Position numbers and translations under genes: made by a program. From contig CM075989.1 of the NCBI GenBank assembly GCA_038087875.1, positions 22,942,001 to 23,002,000 of the forward strand: a stretch of DNA of 60,000 bases. The letters run 5' to 3'. Position 1 is the first letter of the stretch, and each line of letters begins with the position of its first letter. The notes under the pieces were generated by a model that was not told where the DNA came from, ran no database searches, and saw only the letters and a program-made list of their open reading frames with translations. This DNA is from Malacoraja senta (taxonomy: Eukaryota). This document shows, piece by piece, positions 12,615-25,606 of this stretch.

Positions 12615-14944
12615 TTTGAATCTGAATTAATATTATTATTATTATTATTATTAAGGGTTTCAACCTGAAACGTCACCTATTCCTTTTTCTCCAGAGATGC
12701 TGCCTGACCCGCTGAGTTGTTCTAGCATTTTGTGTCCATTTCAGTGGAAACTAGCATCTGCAGTTCCTTCTTCCCACATTTTAGCGGATAGTTTCATACA
12801 ACCAATTATCCCCCAAAATTTTGGAGAATCAATAAAGTTAACCAGAATACGTTTATATGTTTGTAGCCGCGCTTCACACAAGACCAAATGCTCTCAACGC
12901 ACACACATTTTAATCATCCATTTGTGTTTTCTAATCCAAAATAATCTCAACACAAACAATGGGCTATTACTGCAGGAGATTTGCAACAACTGCTTAAGTA
13001 CAATTCATAGTTGTTTCTCCATTTGGCTGGGAAACTGTCTTCTGAGACTTAATGTAAAATGTCACAATACATTAGCGTTACCAGTAAAAAGGAGTTTCCC
13101 ATTGCTGTATAAACAGCTGGCAGTTATTGGAAGACTTGTATTTTTCTGGCAATTGGTCCAAATGCGCCCGATTCTTCCAATCAAGGACCACTAATGGGCA
13201 ATTTAAAAAACAAAGCAAAATGGACGACGCCTAACCCGCTGAGTGCCTCCCACACTTTGGTTTTAGTTTTTAATTTACAGCATTTTGCATCTTTTTCCAC
13301 TTTCAATACCATATTGGCTGTCACCCAGCATGGAGTCGGAGACATACAGCATGGAAACAGGCCCTGTGGCCCAACTTGCCAACTCCGACCAACGTGCCCC
13401 TTCTGCACCAGTCCCACTTGCCTGAGTTTGGTCCGTATCCCTCTAAACCAGTCCTATCTCCCATCTTGATTAGTGTGGGTGTCAGGGGTTATGGGGAGAA
13501 GGCAGGAGAACGGGGTTAGGAGGGAGAGATAGATCAGCCATGATTGGATGGAGGAGTGGTCTTGATGGGTCAAATGGGCCAAATTCTGTTCCTAGAAGTT
13601 ATGAACTATCCATAAAACTTCCGTCCACAACTTCAAATAGAAAGAACAATCTCACTTAAACCCGTGGCCATTTTGATGACAGCCAGCCTTGTGTTGTCAG
13701 TGGAAACTAACTATCTCCTGCCCACACCATAACCAGAACACCCAGGCTGATGGCTGCACTAGACTGTGTCTAGAACAAAGTGCTGGAGTAACTCAGCGGG
13801 TCCGGCAGCATCTCTGGGGGACATGGACAGTCAATGTTTTGGGTTGGGACCCTTCTTCACCCTGATAGTATTAGGGAGGAGAAAGCTGGAAGAGAGGTGG
13901 GAGCAGGACCAAGCCTGGCGAGTGATAGGTGGATGGACACAAAGTGCTGGAGCAACTCAGCGGGTCCCGCAGCATCTCTGGAGAAAAAGGGTCTGGGGTT
14001 TGAAGCCTGAAGAAGGGTCCCGGCCCGAAACGTCACCCATTCCTTCTCTCCAGAGATGCTGCCTGACCCATTGAGTTACTCCAGCACTTTGTGTCTATCT
14101 TCGGTCTAAATAGGCATCTGCAGATCCTTGTTTCTACAAATGATAGGTGGATAGAGGTGAATGATTGGCAGATGGGTGAACACAGACTGGAAATGAAAAC
14201 CAGTCAAAGGGGGATGGGTGGGGCTAAAAGAGACAAAAAGGAGAGCATGTTGATAAGGAGAGAAGGGAAGTGTATCTTTTGTTACTTTGTGGTCTCCTTT
14301 ATATGCAAAAACAACGATTTTCACTGTACTTAGGTACAAGTGACAATATAATATCATTATCATGGCAAGACCATGGGAAAATGAGTTCAGTTACTAGAAA
14401 TCTGAAAACACAAACTTAATGCTGGAAACGCTCCAGAGAATCAGGTAACATCCATGGGGAATGAAAACCAGAACCACAGGAAGTGTCCAGATCTCCACCC
14501 GACTACAGACTCCCCCTTTGTTTTCTCCACTCCTTCTGCATGTCTGTAACTTGAGATGCGTTAGATTTCGGACTTTCCTCAGCTCTGGCAGAAGACTATC
14601 GGGCTGAAGGTAGACGCAAAATGCTGGAGTAACTCAGCGGGTGAGGCAGCATCTCTGGAGAGAAAGAATGGGTGACCCCAAACGTCGACCATTCCTTCTG
14701 TCCAGAGATGCTGCCTCACCCGCTGAGTTACGGGTCTCGACCCCAAACGTCGACCATTCCTTCTGTCCAGAGATGCTGCCTCACCCGCTGAGTTACTCCA
14801 GCATTTTGTGTCTACCTTCGATTTTACCAGCATCTGCAGTTCTTTCTTACACTATCGAGCGGAGATGTCAAGTCTACTCACAACTGCCGAGCATTGCCAA
14901 TGTTTGCAAGTTCTGGCTTCAGATTGCCAGCATCTCCGTTATTA

Positions 14945-15250
14945 AGTTTAGTTTTGAGATACAGCGCGGAAACAGGCCCTTTAGCTAATGCCGACCAGCG
15001 ATCCCCGCTCACTATCGCTATCCTACTCACACTAGGGACAATTAACATTTATACCAAAGCCAATTAACCTACAAACCTGTACGTCTTTGGAGTGTGGGAT
15101 GAAACCGGAGCACCCGGAGAAAACCCACGCAGGTCACGGGGAGAACGTACAAACTCCGTACAGACAGCAATCGTAGTTGGGATCAAACCCGGGTCTCCGG
15201 CGCTGCATTCGCTGTAAGGCAGCAACTCTACCGCTGCACCACCGTGCTGC
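14945..15250 (-). mobile_element. HE1-type V-SINE
   Basis: A/B boxes, V-domain and tail. Confidence 0.88.
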
Positions 15251-16689
15251 TTGCTTGTTTTTGCTTTTCAAGGCTTTCTATCTGGTATTACCTGGTTCAA
15301 AGCTGTTACAAATTCTATCACAGCTCCACCACTGCATCTAATCACAGCCGAAGCCACTGATGTGCACCTCCCGCTGACTCAAGCTCACAGTTTGTCATTA
15401 TGATACATCCCTCCAGCACCTTACTCAATGGAACTTAGTTATTAATTGGCTCTCAATGACTGCACTGCAGATAAAACAAAGTCTTCAACATAAAGTCTGC
15501 CAAACAAACTTTAAATACACGACCGAGACTGTTCTTGAAACGATAGTTACTCAAGAGAATACCATTTAAAAGTTCAAGTCAGAAACTTTACAGAGTCCAG
15601 CTGGCTGCTAACACAGTTCACTTTTGCGATACAGCGTGGAAACAGGCCCTTCAGCCCACTGAACCTGCACCGAAAATCAATCACCCATACACTAGGTCTA
15701 TTCTACACACACGAGGGACAATTTGCAGAAGCCAATTAACCTACAAACCCGCACGTCTTTGGAGTGTGGGAGGAAACCGGAGCGCCTGGAGAAAACCCAC
15801 GCAGGTCACGGGGAGAACGTATGAACTCCGTACAGACAGGTGGACTCTGAGGGCTGAAGGGCCTGCTTCCATTCTCTATCTCCCAACTAATCTGATCTAA
15901 ACTCCTTGCCTTTATCCACACATTAGGTACACAAAAATGCTGGAGAAACTCAGCGGGTGCAGCAGCATCTATGGAGCGAAGGAAATAGGCAACGTTTCGG
16001 GCCGAAACCCTTCTTCAGACCATTAAACAGCCCTTGCTGTCTCCTCCCCTTTCTCAGCCCTCGGGCTGTCTCCTCCCATCCCTCAGCCCTCGTTGCCTAT
16101 TTCCTTCGTTGCCTATTTCCTTCGCTCCATAAATGCTGCTGCACCCGCAGAGTTTCTCCAGCATTTTTTGTGTACCAATGATTAAACAAACTATTCTCCT
16201 CAAAACTGCCTGTTCATTGTGTCGTAAAGGGCCTTGGATCTAAAGGATGTGGCCTCAATTCCTAGTACGGGATCTATGCTGAAGGAATGTCGGAGCAAGG
16301 TCATCTGCATGTTGTAATTGATAACCTGAGGACATAGGTTTAAGGTGAGGGGGAGGGGGGGGGGAGAAAGATTTAATAGGAATCTGAGGGGCATTTTGTT
16401 TTTATACCCAAAGGGGTGGAAGGTGTAAAAAAAAATGAGATGCCAGAGGAGGAACTTTCTTGTAGATTCAGATTCAAATACAGATTAGTTTGGTGTCATA
16501 TACACCAGAGTGGAATGAAGTCCCTTCATCAAGTGTATGGAACGAACTGCCATAGGAGCTGTTAACTGTTCCTTTAAGGAGAGGATCGGTTTCTGTCCTG
16601 TTTCCACAGATGTTGGAAACAAGGAACTGCAGAGGCTGGTTTAAACCAAAGATAGACACAAAATGCTGGAGTAACTCAGCGGGACAGGT

Positions 16690-16845
16690 GACGCCTGTAT
16701 GGTCGTGAGTAGTCGCCCAAAGAGTCGTACTTTGTTCTGGTCACCGCTGGATTTTCAACATGTTGAACATTTTCGGCAACCTGCTGCGACTATGACGGGT
16801 GCCGGCAGTCACCGGAAAAAAAATCGCGTAAGTGGGACAGGCCCT
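16690..16845. mobile_element. Right half of a Harbinger-like MITE
   Basis: Ends aagtgggacaggccct-tta; similar to the right arm of 43038-43286. Confidence 0.7.
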
Positions 16846-17244
16846 TTACAAATTATCCTCACCAGGATATTTGAACTAAATATTCCGTTTGAACCCTCTG
16901 GTTCAATATTAAATTATTCAGCTTTTTTTCCCCGACATAGGCTAATGATTAGCTGATTCAGGCATCCGCTTCAGATTCACAAGCTGTCTTGTTTACAACT
17001 AATGATGAACAAGATCAATTGAGATTTACGTATGTTAATATTTACACTGCATAAAATATTGATTCAGTCATAAAGACTATAGAACTGCAAACACACGACC
17101 AACCTTAATTGCAAATACTTTGAGATTGTTCATTATTTTCCCTCGGATGTTCCTTCTAACAACCATTGTGCAGGTAAAAACAAATGTTTACTTCTGAAGA
17201 AAAACTCTTCAACCAGAGTTGGCAGCAGAAAGCATTTTATTTTG

Positions 17245-18190
17245 ATGCATCACAGCTTGGTTCTGGAACGGCTCCATCCAAGACCGCAAGAAATCGCAGC
17301 GAATTGTGGACGCAGCCCAGACCGTCACACAAGCCGACCTCCCTTCCATCAACTCCATCTACACTCCACGCTGCCTCGGCAAGGCCGGCAACATAATCAA
17401 GGACCAGTCGCACCCCGGTCACTCCCTCTTCTCCCCTCTCCCATCTGGCAAGAGGTATATAAGTGTGAAAACACACACCTCCGGATTCAGGGATAATTTC
17501 TTCCTAGTTGTTATCAGGCAACTGAACCATCCTCTCACCAACTAGAGAGCGGTCTTGAACTACTATCTACCTCTTTGAAGATCCTCGGACTAACTTTGAT
17601 TGAACTTTACTGGGCTTTATCTTGCACTAAACTTTATTCATGTTATTCCCTTGATCCTGCATCTATACACAGTGGACGGCTCGATTGTAATCATGTATTG
17701 TCTTTCCGCTGACTGGTTAGCACGCAACAAAAGCTTTTCACTGTATCTGAGAGGGGATCTTATAGAAAACGTACAAAATTCTTATGGGGTTGGACAGGCT
17801 AGATGCAGGAAGATTGTTCCCGATGTTGGGGAAGTCCAGGACAAGGGGTCACAGCTTAAGGATAAGGGGGAAATCCTTTAAGACCGAGATGAGGAAAAAC
17901 TTTTTCACACAGAGAGTGGTGAATCTCTGGAACTCTCTGCCACAGGGGGTAGTTGAGGCCAGTTCATTGGCTATATTTAAGAGGGAGTTAGATGTGGCCC
18001 TTGTGGCTAAGGGGATCAGGGGTATGGAGAGAAGGCAGGTACGGGATACTGAGTTGGATGATCAGCCATGATCATATTGAATGGCGGTGCAGGCTCGAAG
18101 GGCCGAATGGCCCTACTCCTGCACCTATTTTCTATGTTTCTATGTTTCTATGTTTCTATGGTACACGTGACAATAAACTAAACTCAATTC
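17245..18190 (+). mobile_element. Rex1/Babar-clade LINE 3' end (interrupted by CR1)
   Basis: Peptide PSINSIYTPRCLGKAGNIIKDQSHPGHSLFSPLPSGKRY...FFLVVIRQLN is typical of the Rex1 C-terminus; (CTAAA)n tail. Confidence 0.85.
17747..18159 (+). mobile_element. CR1 3' fragment inserted in a Rex1 3' end
   Basis: ORF 17784-18071; (TTTCTATG)n tail; host sequence resumes at ggtacacgtgacaataaa. Confidence 0.9.
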
Positions 18191-18334
18191 AGCTCATTTA
18201 TTTTACCTGGGAAAGTTCAACTGAAAATATTTATAAAGTATGATGGCAATAACATCAACCAGGAAGTATTGGCCCTGGCCTCCAAGCTCCGCTGACGACA
18301 CTTATTCCTCTAGTTGAGCAACACACAACCATGT

Positions 18335-18471
18335 CTCAACCAGTCTGAAGAAGGGTCTCAACCCGAAACGTCGCCCATTCCTTCTCTCCAGAGATGCTGC
18401 CTGTCCCGCTGAGTTACTCCAACATTTTGTGTCTACCTTCGATTTAAACCAGCATCTGCAGTTCTTTCATC
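18335..18471 (+). mobile_element. Hammerhead-core element
   Basis: 13-bp TSD cacacaaccatgt. Confidence 0.8.
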
Positions 18472-18912
18472 CACACAACCATGTTCGCCAGTTTGGCTGA
18501 TACTCTGGAACTAAACCAGTTTAGTTTAGCATAGTTTAGAGATACAGCGCAGAAACCGTCCCTTTGGCCCACCGAGTCCGCACCGATCAGCGATCCCCAC
18601 ACACTAACACTAGCCTGCACACACCTGGGACTATTTACATTTACACCAAGCCAATCGGCCTACTAACCTGTACGTCTTTGGAGTGTTGGAGGAAACTGAA
18701 GATCTCGGAGAAGACGGCGTGGGTTTTCTCCGAGTTCTTCGTCTTCCTCCCGCACAACCTCTGCAACTTAGCACAGCATTGGATGGGCAGCACATGCAGC
18801 AAGCACGTCCATGTACACAACAGTTGGCAGCTTTGATCAGTGCAGCTAATGTGTTGATCCTTGCAGCAGCAGGAGCCAGTGTCGCGAGGCGGAACACAGT
18901 GAAGTTGCTCAC

Positions 18913-19027
18913 CGCAGCGGTCCCGAATGACCAGGCGACGTCCCTCCTTCAGGTGAATCTTCAGCAGGTACGAGGGGAGTTGGCATGACGACGGGTCGCT
19001 ACTTTTCCCTTCTTGTTGCTCCAAGGC
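18913..19027 (-). CDS. MCTP2: MCTP2-like 115-nt exon, start of the first C2 domain
   Basis: Encodes ALEQQEGKSSDPSSCQLPSYLLKIHLKEGRRLVIRDRC(G), matching the MCTP2 C2A motif [20 protein letters not shown]. Acceptor ttgtttgtgtcccag|, donor G|gtgag (phase 1). Confidence 0.92.
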
Positions 19028-19659
19028 CTGGGACACAAACAAAACAAATCCCTGTTAACCAGCCCCTGCTTCCCAGTCAATGGTGCCAAGGGCCCGGCGT
19101 GGGGGGACTGCCATGAGGAGGGGGAGAGGGGGAGAACAAAGGGGGGGCCTGGCACCGGGGGATAATTCATAACTTTCTAAGCGCCCTTTACATAGCGACT
19201 ATTCGCATACCTTGGGATTGCAAGCAAAGTATTTCACTATGACTTATCACTTGTGACAATAAAGTATTCATTCATTCATTCATGTTTCAAAGCCCATGGT
19301 CATCTTAAAAACCGACCTCCATGGCGACAGTGCAAGCAGACTAGCAGTTCTATCACAGCAAGAGACACAAGATGCTGGAGTAACTCAGCGGGACAGGCAG
19401 CATCTCTGGAGGGAAGAATGGGTGATTGTTCGGGTCACTGAAGAAGAGTCTTGACCCGAAATATCACCCATAACTTTTCTCCAGAGGTGCTGCCTGACCC
19501 GCTGAGTTGCTCCAGCATTTTTGTGTCTATCTTTGGTGTAAACCAGCATCTGCAGTTCCTTCCTAAACTATTATGGTAATAACGCATTAACTGCAGCAAG
19601 ACACTTGGTGACTGTAGACGCAGTTCTACTCCATCCTAGAGCCTCACTATACAATAAAT

Positions 19660-19945
19660 ACGGTGGAGCTGCTGCCTCACAGCACCCGAGACCCAGGTTC
19701 CATCCCAACCTCGGGTGCAGGCGGTGTGGAGTTTGCACGTTCTCCCTGCGACTGCATGGGTTTCCTCCGGATGCTCCGGTTTCCTCCCACATCCCAAAGA
19801 CGTGCAGGACTGTGGTTAATTGACCTCCATGTGTGTCGGGAGTGTATGTGAAAGTGGGATAGCATAGAACTAGTATGAATGGGTATTCGATTGTCGGCGT
19901 GGACTCGGTGGGCCGAAGGGCCTGTTTCCATACTATATCTCGACA
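19660..19945 (+). mobile_element. HE1-type V-SINE (diverged)
   Basis: V-domain and tail. Confidence 0.8.
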
Positions 19946-19974
19946 AATAAAGTCCCATGACAGGACTCTCTTGG

Positions 19975-20071
19975 AGTCTGAAGAAGGGTTTCGGCCCGAA
20001 ACGTTGCCCATTTCCTTCGCTCCATAGATGCTGCTGCACCCGCTGAGTTTCTCCAGCACTTTTGTCTACCC
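19975..20071 (+). mobile_element. Hammerhead-core element (UUCG variant)
   Basis: 10-bp TSD actctcttgg. Confidence 0.8.
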
Positions 20072-20474
20072 ACTCTCTTGGCTTTGACCATTGAACAGAG
20101 ATGTTGAGGAAGTAGAATAACCTTTGAAACAATCTCAACCATATTGGAGTATCTTAATAAAGTATTTAAGCATTCATTTAAAGCCTTTGTGTGCATTTTG
20201 CATAGCCTGCCTTGAAGCCCAACAGGTCCAGACCGACCATCAACCACCCATTCTCACTCCTTCAATGCAATCACACTTTCTCATCCACTCCCGACACGAT
20301 AAAGACAATTTACAGCGGTTTAGAAACCAGCACGTCTTTGGAATGCGGGAGGAAACCGGAGCACCGTGTGGTCACAGAGGAGAACATGCAAACTCCACAG
20401 AGAGAGAGCCCGAGGCTAGTTTGGAACTTGGGTCTCTGACTCCGAGAGGCAGCAGCTCCACTGGCAACACAGTT

Positions 20475-20778
20475 GTGCAGCGGTAGAGTTGCTGCCTTAC
20501 AGCGCTTGCAGCGCCAGAGACCCGAGTTCGATCCCGACTACGGGTGCTGTCTGTGCGGAGTTTGTACGTTCTCCCCGTGACCTGCGTAGGTTTTCTCCGA
20601 GATCTTCAGTTTCCACCCACACTCCAAAGACGTGCAGGTGTGTAGGTTAACTGGCTTGTTTAAAGTGTAAATTGTCCCTAGTGTGTGTAGGATGGTGTTA
20701 AAGTTCAAGGAACGCTGGTCGGCGCAGACCCGGTGGGCTGAAGGGCCAGTTTCCACGCTGTATTTCTAACCTAAACTC
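20475..20778 (+). mobile_element. HE1-type V-SINE abutting an opposite-strand copy (20210-20475)
   Basis: A/B boxes, V-domain and tail. Confidence 0.88.
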
Positions 20779-20869
20779 CACTTGCTGCACCACTGTGGGT
20801 CTTCCAGTTCTAAGAGGATGGTTAACTGAGTATATGCTGCATTAATCCCAAGCCAACAGCTGTAACGCA

Positions 20870-21100
20870 TTAGACAATAGATGCAGGAGTAGGCCATTCG
20901 GCCCTTCGAGCCAGCACCGCCATTCAATGTGATCATGGCTGATCATCCCTAATCAGTACCCCGTTCCTGCCTTCTCCCCATATCCCCTGACTCCGCTATC
21001 TTTAAGAGCCCTATCTAGCTCTCTCTTGAAAGCATCCAGAGAACCGGCCTCCACCGCCCTCTGTGGCAGAGAATTCCACAGACTCACCACTCTCTGTGAA
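20870..21100 (-). mobile_element. CR1 3' fragment
   Basis: Reverse complement of the 23358-23633 copy. Confidence 0.85.
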
Positions 21101-22053
21101 AACAGGAGGAACACTGACTACATAGGAAGACTGACTAGGAATTGTTTATGTTAATTTTAAATCAGTTTCAATGTTCTAATCAATGTCTGGTTTATTGTCT
21201 GGAAAAAACACTTGAAATATAAGTGGTTACATTTCCGTCAAATATTACTGAATGTTTATTTGAGATAATCAAAGGTCCTGTTGTATTAACAACAAGTAAA
21301 CCAGAGGCGAGGTTTCACTGGCTGCTGGGGCCATCGTGCGAGTGCAGCCTGATGTTAACACTAAGTTCAGAAAGTATCGGAGCAGAATTCGGCCATTCGG
21401 CCCATCAAGTCTACTCCGCCATTCTATCATGGTTCATCCACGTCACCCTCCTAACCCCATTCTCCTGCCTTCTCCACATAACCCCTGGCACCCATACTAT
21501 CAAGAATCTATCTATCTCTGCCTTAAAATTAACCACTGACTTGGCCTCCACAGCTTTCTGTGGCAATGAATTCCACAGATTCACCACCCTCTGACTAACG
21601 AAATTCCTCCTCATCTCCTTCCTAAAGGAACGTCCTTTAAATCTGAGCCTGTGACTCTCCCACTGGTGGAAACATCCTCTCCACATCCACTCTATCCGGG
21701 ACAACTCTAGCAGAACTAATGATGTGGATCAGCAGAACAGAACTGATGTGTACGTTTTGAAGTGGAAAAAAGGAACTTTGGATGCTGGTTTACCAACGAT
21801 TAGATACCAAGGAATATGGATAGGTGACGTTTCGGATCGAGACCCTTCTTCAGACTGATTGTTAGGGGGATTGCACATTTTCTCTGCAAGTTTTCTTCCT
21901 CATCTCAAAGAAGTGCAGGTTTGTAGGTTAATTAGCCTCTAGAAAATGTCACTCAGTGTGTAGGGAGTGGATGAGAAAGTGGAATAACATAGAACTAGCG
22001 TGAATGGGTGATGGGTGGTCGGCATGGACTCTGTGGGCTGAAGGGCCTGTTTC

Positions 22054-22435
22054 ATACATCATTCATTCATCATCGTTGAAAACATTAGCGACGCAGTGGC
22101 GTTGGTTTCCGACGGGAACGGTGACGGACGCACCACACATCTCTGTCCTCCAGTTCCTGCGGAGTTCCGCCGCTGGAAGTATAGGATGTTGGTGTGTGTG
22201 TGTGTGCTTTATCATCGTTCCTTACAATGCTACGTACGACAGTGATCGCAACTTCTACTGAAGTGTGGATGGCCGTTGGCTCGCTAGGAGCTCATCTGCC
22301 CTTTGACAGGTCTTGTTTTTGGTCCTGCTGGGGGTCCACAGCCCCCTCCTCACCTGGCAAACCAGGTGGGGGAGACGGTTTAGTCGCCGACTGGAGCAGG
22401 TAGCACGGGATTACATGGTACCTGTGGCGAAATTT
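22054..22435 (-). mobile_element. RTE-like non-autonomous retroelement
   Basis: (ATG/ATGA)n tail, 10-bp TSD ggcctgtttc, residual ELEDRDVW peptide; shares ~190 bp with 33404-33702. Confidence 0.65.
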
Positions 22436-22552
22436 GGCCTGTTTCCACGCTGTGTATCGAAACCAAACTGAGATTGTGCGAGGAATGAGGAGTAGGCTCT
22501 TGCACACCTTGTCACCAAAGGACAACTAAAGACTTTACAAGCATATCTTTAC

Positions 22553-22615
22553 CTGCTCTTCGAAGAACATCGAACTTTGCGAAGACTCCAGGTCTGTACC
22601 TTCACCAAGTTCATC
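22553..22615 (-). CDS. MCTP2: MCTP2-like 63-nt internal exon (DELGEGTDLESSQSSMFFEEQ)
   Basis: Acceptor tcttatttttcag|GAT, donor CAG|gtaaag, phase 0/0, no stop. Resembles the recalled MCTP2 segment ...SDLNASMTSQHFEEQ and sits between the other two exons. Confidence 0.82.
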
Positions 22616-23357
22616 CTGAAAAATAAGACATTCTGTCAGCATCATCAAGGACTGGACTCCCTCTTCTCCCCTCTCCCATCAGGCAAGAGGCACAGAAGTT
22701 TGAAAGCAGGCACCTCCACATTCAGGGACAGTTTCTTCCCAGTGGTTATAAGGCAACGGAACTGTCCTCTCATCTGCTAGATTGTGGCCCTGACCTCCCG
22801 TCTACCTCATTGGTCACCTTTACACCATCGTGCAATGGAGAACGCTTAGAGGAGTGGGTCTAAATGGTCAATGGTGAGGATTAGATCATAAGACATGTGA
22901 GCAGAATCGAGCCATTCGGCCCATCGAGTCTACTCAGCCATTCATGGTTGATCTCCTTTCCCTCTCAACCCCATTCTCCCGCCTTCTTCCCATAACCTTT
23001 TTACACCTTCCTAATCAAGAATCCTCCCATCTCTGCTTTAAAAATATCCAATGACGGCCATCTGTGGCAATAAACTCCACAGACTCTGGTTAAAGAAATT
23101 GCTCCTCATCTCCATTCTGAAGATATGTCCTTTTATTGTGAGGTTGTGCACTCTGGTTCTAAACTCTCCCACTAGTGGAAACATCCTCCCCATGTCCACT
23201 CCATCTTGACCTTTCATTATCCAGTAGGCTTCAATGAGATCCCCCCCCTCGCCCTTCTACTCCAATGGGCCAAGCCACCTTGTTCAGCATTTGTTTGACA
23301 GTAGCGTTAGGTGACATTTAGTGTCGGGACCCGTCTTCAGATTCTGTTTCTGTACCG

Positions 23358-23633
23358 TAAGTCATTTAGAACGGAGACGAGGAAACACTTTTTCTCACAG
23401 AGAGTGGCGAGTCTGTGGAATTCTCTGCCTCAGAGGACGGTGGAGGCGGGTTCTCTGGATGCTTTCAAGAGAGAGCTAGATAGGGCTCTTAAAGATAGCG
23501 GAGTCAGGGGATATGGGGAGAAGGCAGGAACGGGGTACTGATTGGGGATGATCAGCCATGATCACATTGAATGGCGGTGCTGGCTCGAAGGGCCAAATGG
23601 CCTACTCCTGCACCTATTGTCTATTGTCTATTG
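23358..23633 (+). mobile_element. CR1 3' fragment
   Basis: FRTETRKHFFSQRV...GTGY followed by a (TTGTCTA)n tail. Confidence 0.88.
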
Positions 23634-25314
23634 TTAGATACAACAACAGAATCTGCAGAAGAGACCTGACCCAAACCATCACCCAATGCTGCTATCACAA
23701 AAGATAGACATACTGCTGGAGTAACTCGACTTTACGAGGGTGGTGCCCAAACTAGAGGGTGTGAGCAATAGGTAGAGGTCGACTCGGCTGGGACTCTATT
23801 CCTTGGAGTGCAGGAGGATGAGGGGTGATCTTATAGGAGGTGTATAAAATCATGAGAGGAATAGATTGGGTAGACGCTCAGAGTCTCTTGCCCAGACTCA
23901 GGGAATCGAGGACATCAGTTCAAGGTGAAGGGGAAAAGATTTATTAGGAATCTGAGGGGTAACTTTTTCACACAAAGGGTGGTGGGCGTATGGAACAAGC
24001 TGCCAAATAAGGTAGGTGAGGCTGGGACTATCCCAAGGTTTAAAAAAAAGTTAGACATGTACATGGATAGTTGTTTAAGGAAGAAACGCAGATGCTGGAA
24101 AAATCAAAGGTAGACAAAAAATGGTGGAGAAACTCAGCGGGTGAGGCAGCTTCGAGGGAGAGAAGGAATTGACGATGTTTCGGGTCAAGACCCTTCTTCA
24201 GATGGGACAGGTTTGGAGGGATATGGACCAAGCGCGGGCAGGTGGGACCAGTGTAACTGGGACATGTTGGCCAGTGTGGGCAAGTTGGGCCGAAGGGCCT
24301 GTTTCCACACTGTATCACTTTATGACTCAGAGGGACATGCCACGTGTCTGGAGAGACCCTTCTTTGGACTATCACAATGTTGAAGAACCATTTGAATAGG
24401 TAGGAAGTAGATCAGTCATGAACAACAGAGTCATTTTGTTTCAAGATGCTCTTCCTTGATTTAATTTCCCACCAGGACATTAACGGCAAGCGCAACACTC
24501 CTTCAAACGGCAATGGAAAGCCAACACAGAACCTTTGCCACAGAAAATTTGAGTCGGGACCCAAAACACATCGTCGGTCACTTGGAGATCAGAACGCTGA
24601 CAACCGAGCCACTGAAAGAATGGTTGGAAAAACCACAGGCAGGCTGTCTCACCATTCTCATTTCCACCCTGACCACACGGCCTGTACCATCGATACTTTT
24701 TTGCATCGTGTTCACTCAGTTGTTCTACATCTCTCTACACTACCTCTATATATCTCTCGTTTCCCTTTCCACCGACTCTCAGTCTAAAGAAGGGTCTCGA
24801 CCCGAAACATCACCTATTTTTTCCCTCCACAGATGCTGCCTGTCCCGCTGAGTTACTCCAGCATTTTGTGTGTCCATCACCATTTCCTCATCCTGTTTTA
24901 AATGATCAACCGGAAGCGCCTTCAATTCGATGGGAAACTCTACATTTTCTGGAAGATTTTCATCACCACAGTTTCCTTTTTATTTCTCAACGGGACCACG
25001 TCTGTAATAAACCAATTTATTCTTATTGTTTAATTAGTAAACAACATTCCATAAACTGGCTGCTCTGCCTTCAACACATTTCCGCCCACACCCTTCATCT
25101 CTGCCCGTTTTGCACGATATCCTTGTTTGATGAAAGCTGCCAGTGATTTCTGCATAAATTCTTCTCGTCTACTTATTAAACTTGTTTTATCTTATTTCCC
25201 ACAGGACTGGGTGACAGAGCACAATCAAACACTTAGATTAAGGCATCGTAAAGTCCTTACGGTGGCCACGGTAGCACGGCAGTCATGACTAGTTAAGATG
25301 TTTCGGTTCTTTAA

Positions 25315-25606
25315 TTTAGTTTAGTTTAGTTTAGAGATACAGCGCGGAAACAGGCCCTTCGGACCACCGAGTCTGCACCGACCAGCGATCCCCGAACACC
25401 ACCGCTATCCTATACCAACAATTTAACCGAGCCAATTAGCCTACAAACCTACACGACTTTGGAATGTGGGAGGAATCCGGTGAAAACCCACGCAGGTCAC
25501 GGGGAGAACGTACAAACTCCGTACAGACAGCACCCGTAGTCAGGATGGAACCCGGGTCTCTGGCGCTGTGAGGCAGCAACTCTACCGTTGCGCCATCGTG
25601 CCGCCC
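25315..25606 (-). mobile_element. HE1-type V-SINE
   Basis: A/B boxes, V-domain and (CTAAA)n tail. Confidence 0.88.

Noticed and set aside
12697..13194. 165-aa plus-strand ORF
   Set aside because: Begins in a repeat, has AT-rich composition and no recognisable domain.
1..18900. Next MCTP2 exon (GTSDPYVKFK...)
   Set aside because: Not found by eye in the unique segments; probably beyond the left edge, though I may have missed it.
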